A DNA stretch of 64,000 nucleotides. Origin: Alloascoidea hylecoeti (taxonomy: Eukaryota). The stretch spans positions 1,036,875-1,100,874 of the forward strand of contig BCKZ01000005.1 in assembly GCA_001600815.1 (NCBI GenBank), given 5' to 3'. The notes beneath the pieces were generated by a model. It made no database searches, had not been told where the DNA came from, and worked only from the letters and a program-made list of their open reading frames with translations. Made by a program: the position numbers and the translations under genes. Positions 63,118-64,000 of this stretch are shown in pieces; the first letter of the stretch is position 1; each line of letters opens with the position of its first letter.

Positions 63118-64000
63118 TGTTATTGTTATTAGTTATTAAACGAGTGTGAGTGTTTGTGGAAAGAAAAAGAAAATTGGAGGAGATTTTGTTCCTTTTATAT
63201 TTCGGTTTATATATTTATTGAGCGATATAAATGTTTTAAATCGGTAATGTTTTGTTTTTTCATGATTTCTCTCTGCCTAAACCTAGAAATATGTATCATA
63301 TTCTCATAATAAAGTTTAAAAAAATCGCGAATTTAAGGTGTGTAAATAAAAAGCTATAACCTTATTGTGTTTCATCTCATCCCCACGTGAAAGACGCTCA
63401 ATAAGGAAAAAACGGGTCTAAAATTTTAATATAATGATAGTTGTTGTAGTGGAATTCTTCTCTACCTATAGATCTATACCTCTTTTTTTTACAAGATTAA
63501 GAAGGAATATTGATCGATATACATACGCATATAGAATTGATATACTCAAAATTTTAATCTATTTGCAACGCGGTCCAGCCTGCAGGTGGGCAGAAAATCC
63601 TTGTTGTTCTTCCACAGGTTCTCTCGATTTAAATTTTGTGGTTGGAACTTGAACTGTAAAATAATCGTAACAATAGAATAAAACTTGTAACCTATCGTGT
63701 TTTAAACTGTAAAATAACAATAACAACACTGAAACTTGATCTTGAGTTCGTTTACATATGGTAATTGCCATATATTTTTTTCAGATTTTGGGGTGAAGAA
63801 TTTTCTCTTGCAATTGCTTACTAATATTATTGATTATAATAAGTTTATTATAAGAAATATAGTTTGCAATTAAAATTCCTATATAGGTATCAAGTTATCA
63901 ACTGCAAAGGTCGTAAGACAAAAAGAAATTTTTATTAACACGCGTACGTAGAAGCTATAAGTTATATAAAACATTTACCAATCTAGATCTACTATAGACT

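Overview
AT-rich eukaryotic (fungal) genomic DNA. It is most likely an early-diverging budding yeast (Saccharomycotina-like): short GT-AG introns with CTAAC-type branch points, a complex I subunit, a molybdenum xanthine dehydrogenase and GT34 glycosyltransferases. About 20 conserved genes are recognisable: stand-alone UDP-glucose 4-epimerase, GT34 transferase, YEA4-like sugar-nucleotide transporter, two tandem GDT1-family genes, NDUFV1/NUO51, XDH, MNN11-like, SNO/PDX2, RPS20, small HSP, xylose reductase-like AKR, FET4, SFP1, SSK2, an SR-like RRM protein, RRI1/CSN5, SWT21/WDR79, UBP10 and a small GPI wall protein. There are also two decayed F-box/WD40 genes. Most notable: (i) a ~310-480 nt rod-like RNA hairpin with a perfect 24-bp core and a strong + strand G-U bias in a 5.5-kb gene-free interval (31.4-31.9 kb); (ii) a second compact structured element followed by a T-run at 61.5-61.7 kb; (iii) a real ~815-bp inverted repeat, built from the GDT1 3' end, the intergenic DNA and the F-box C-terminus, that brackets an F-box gene (the direct duplication across the 100-N gap inside it is probably an assembly artefact); (iv) a possible Golgi glycosylation gene cluster at the left end. 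All calls come from reading the sequence by eye; no searches or folding programs were run.
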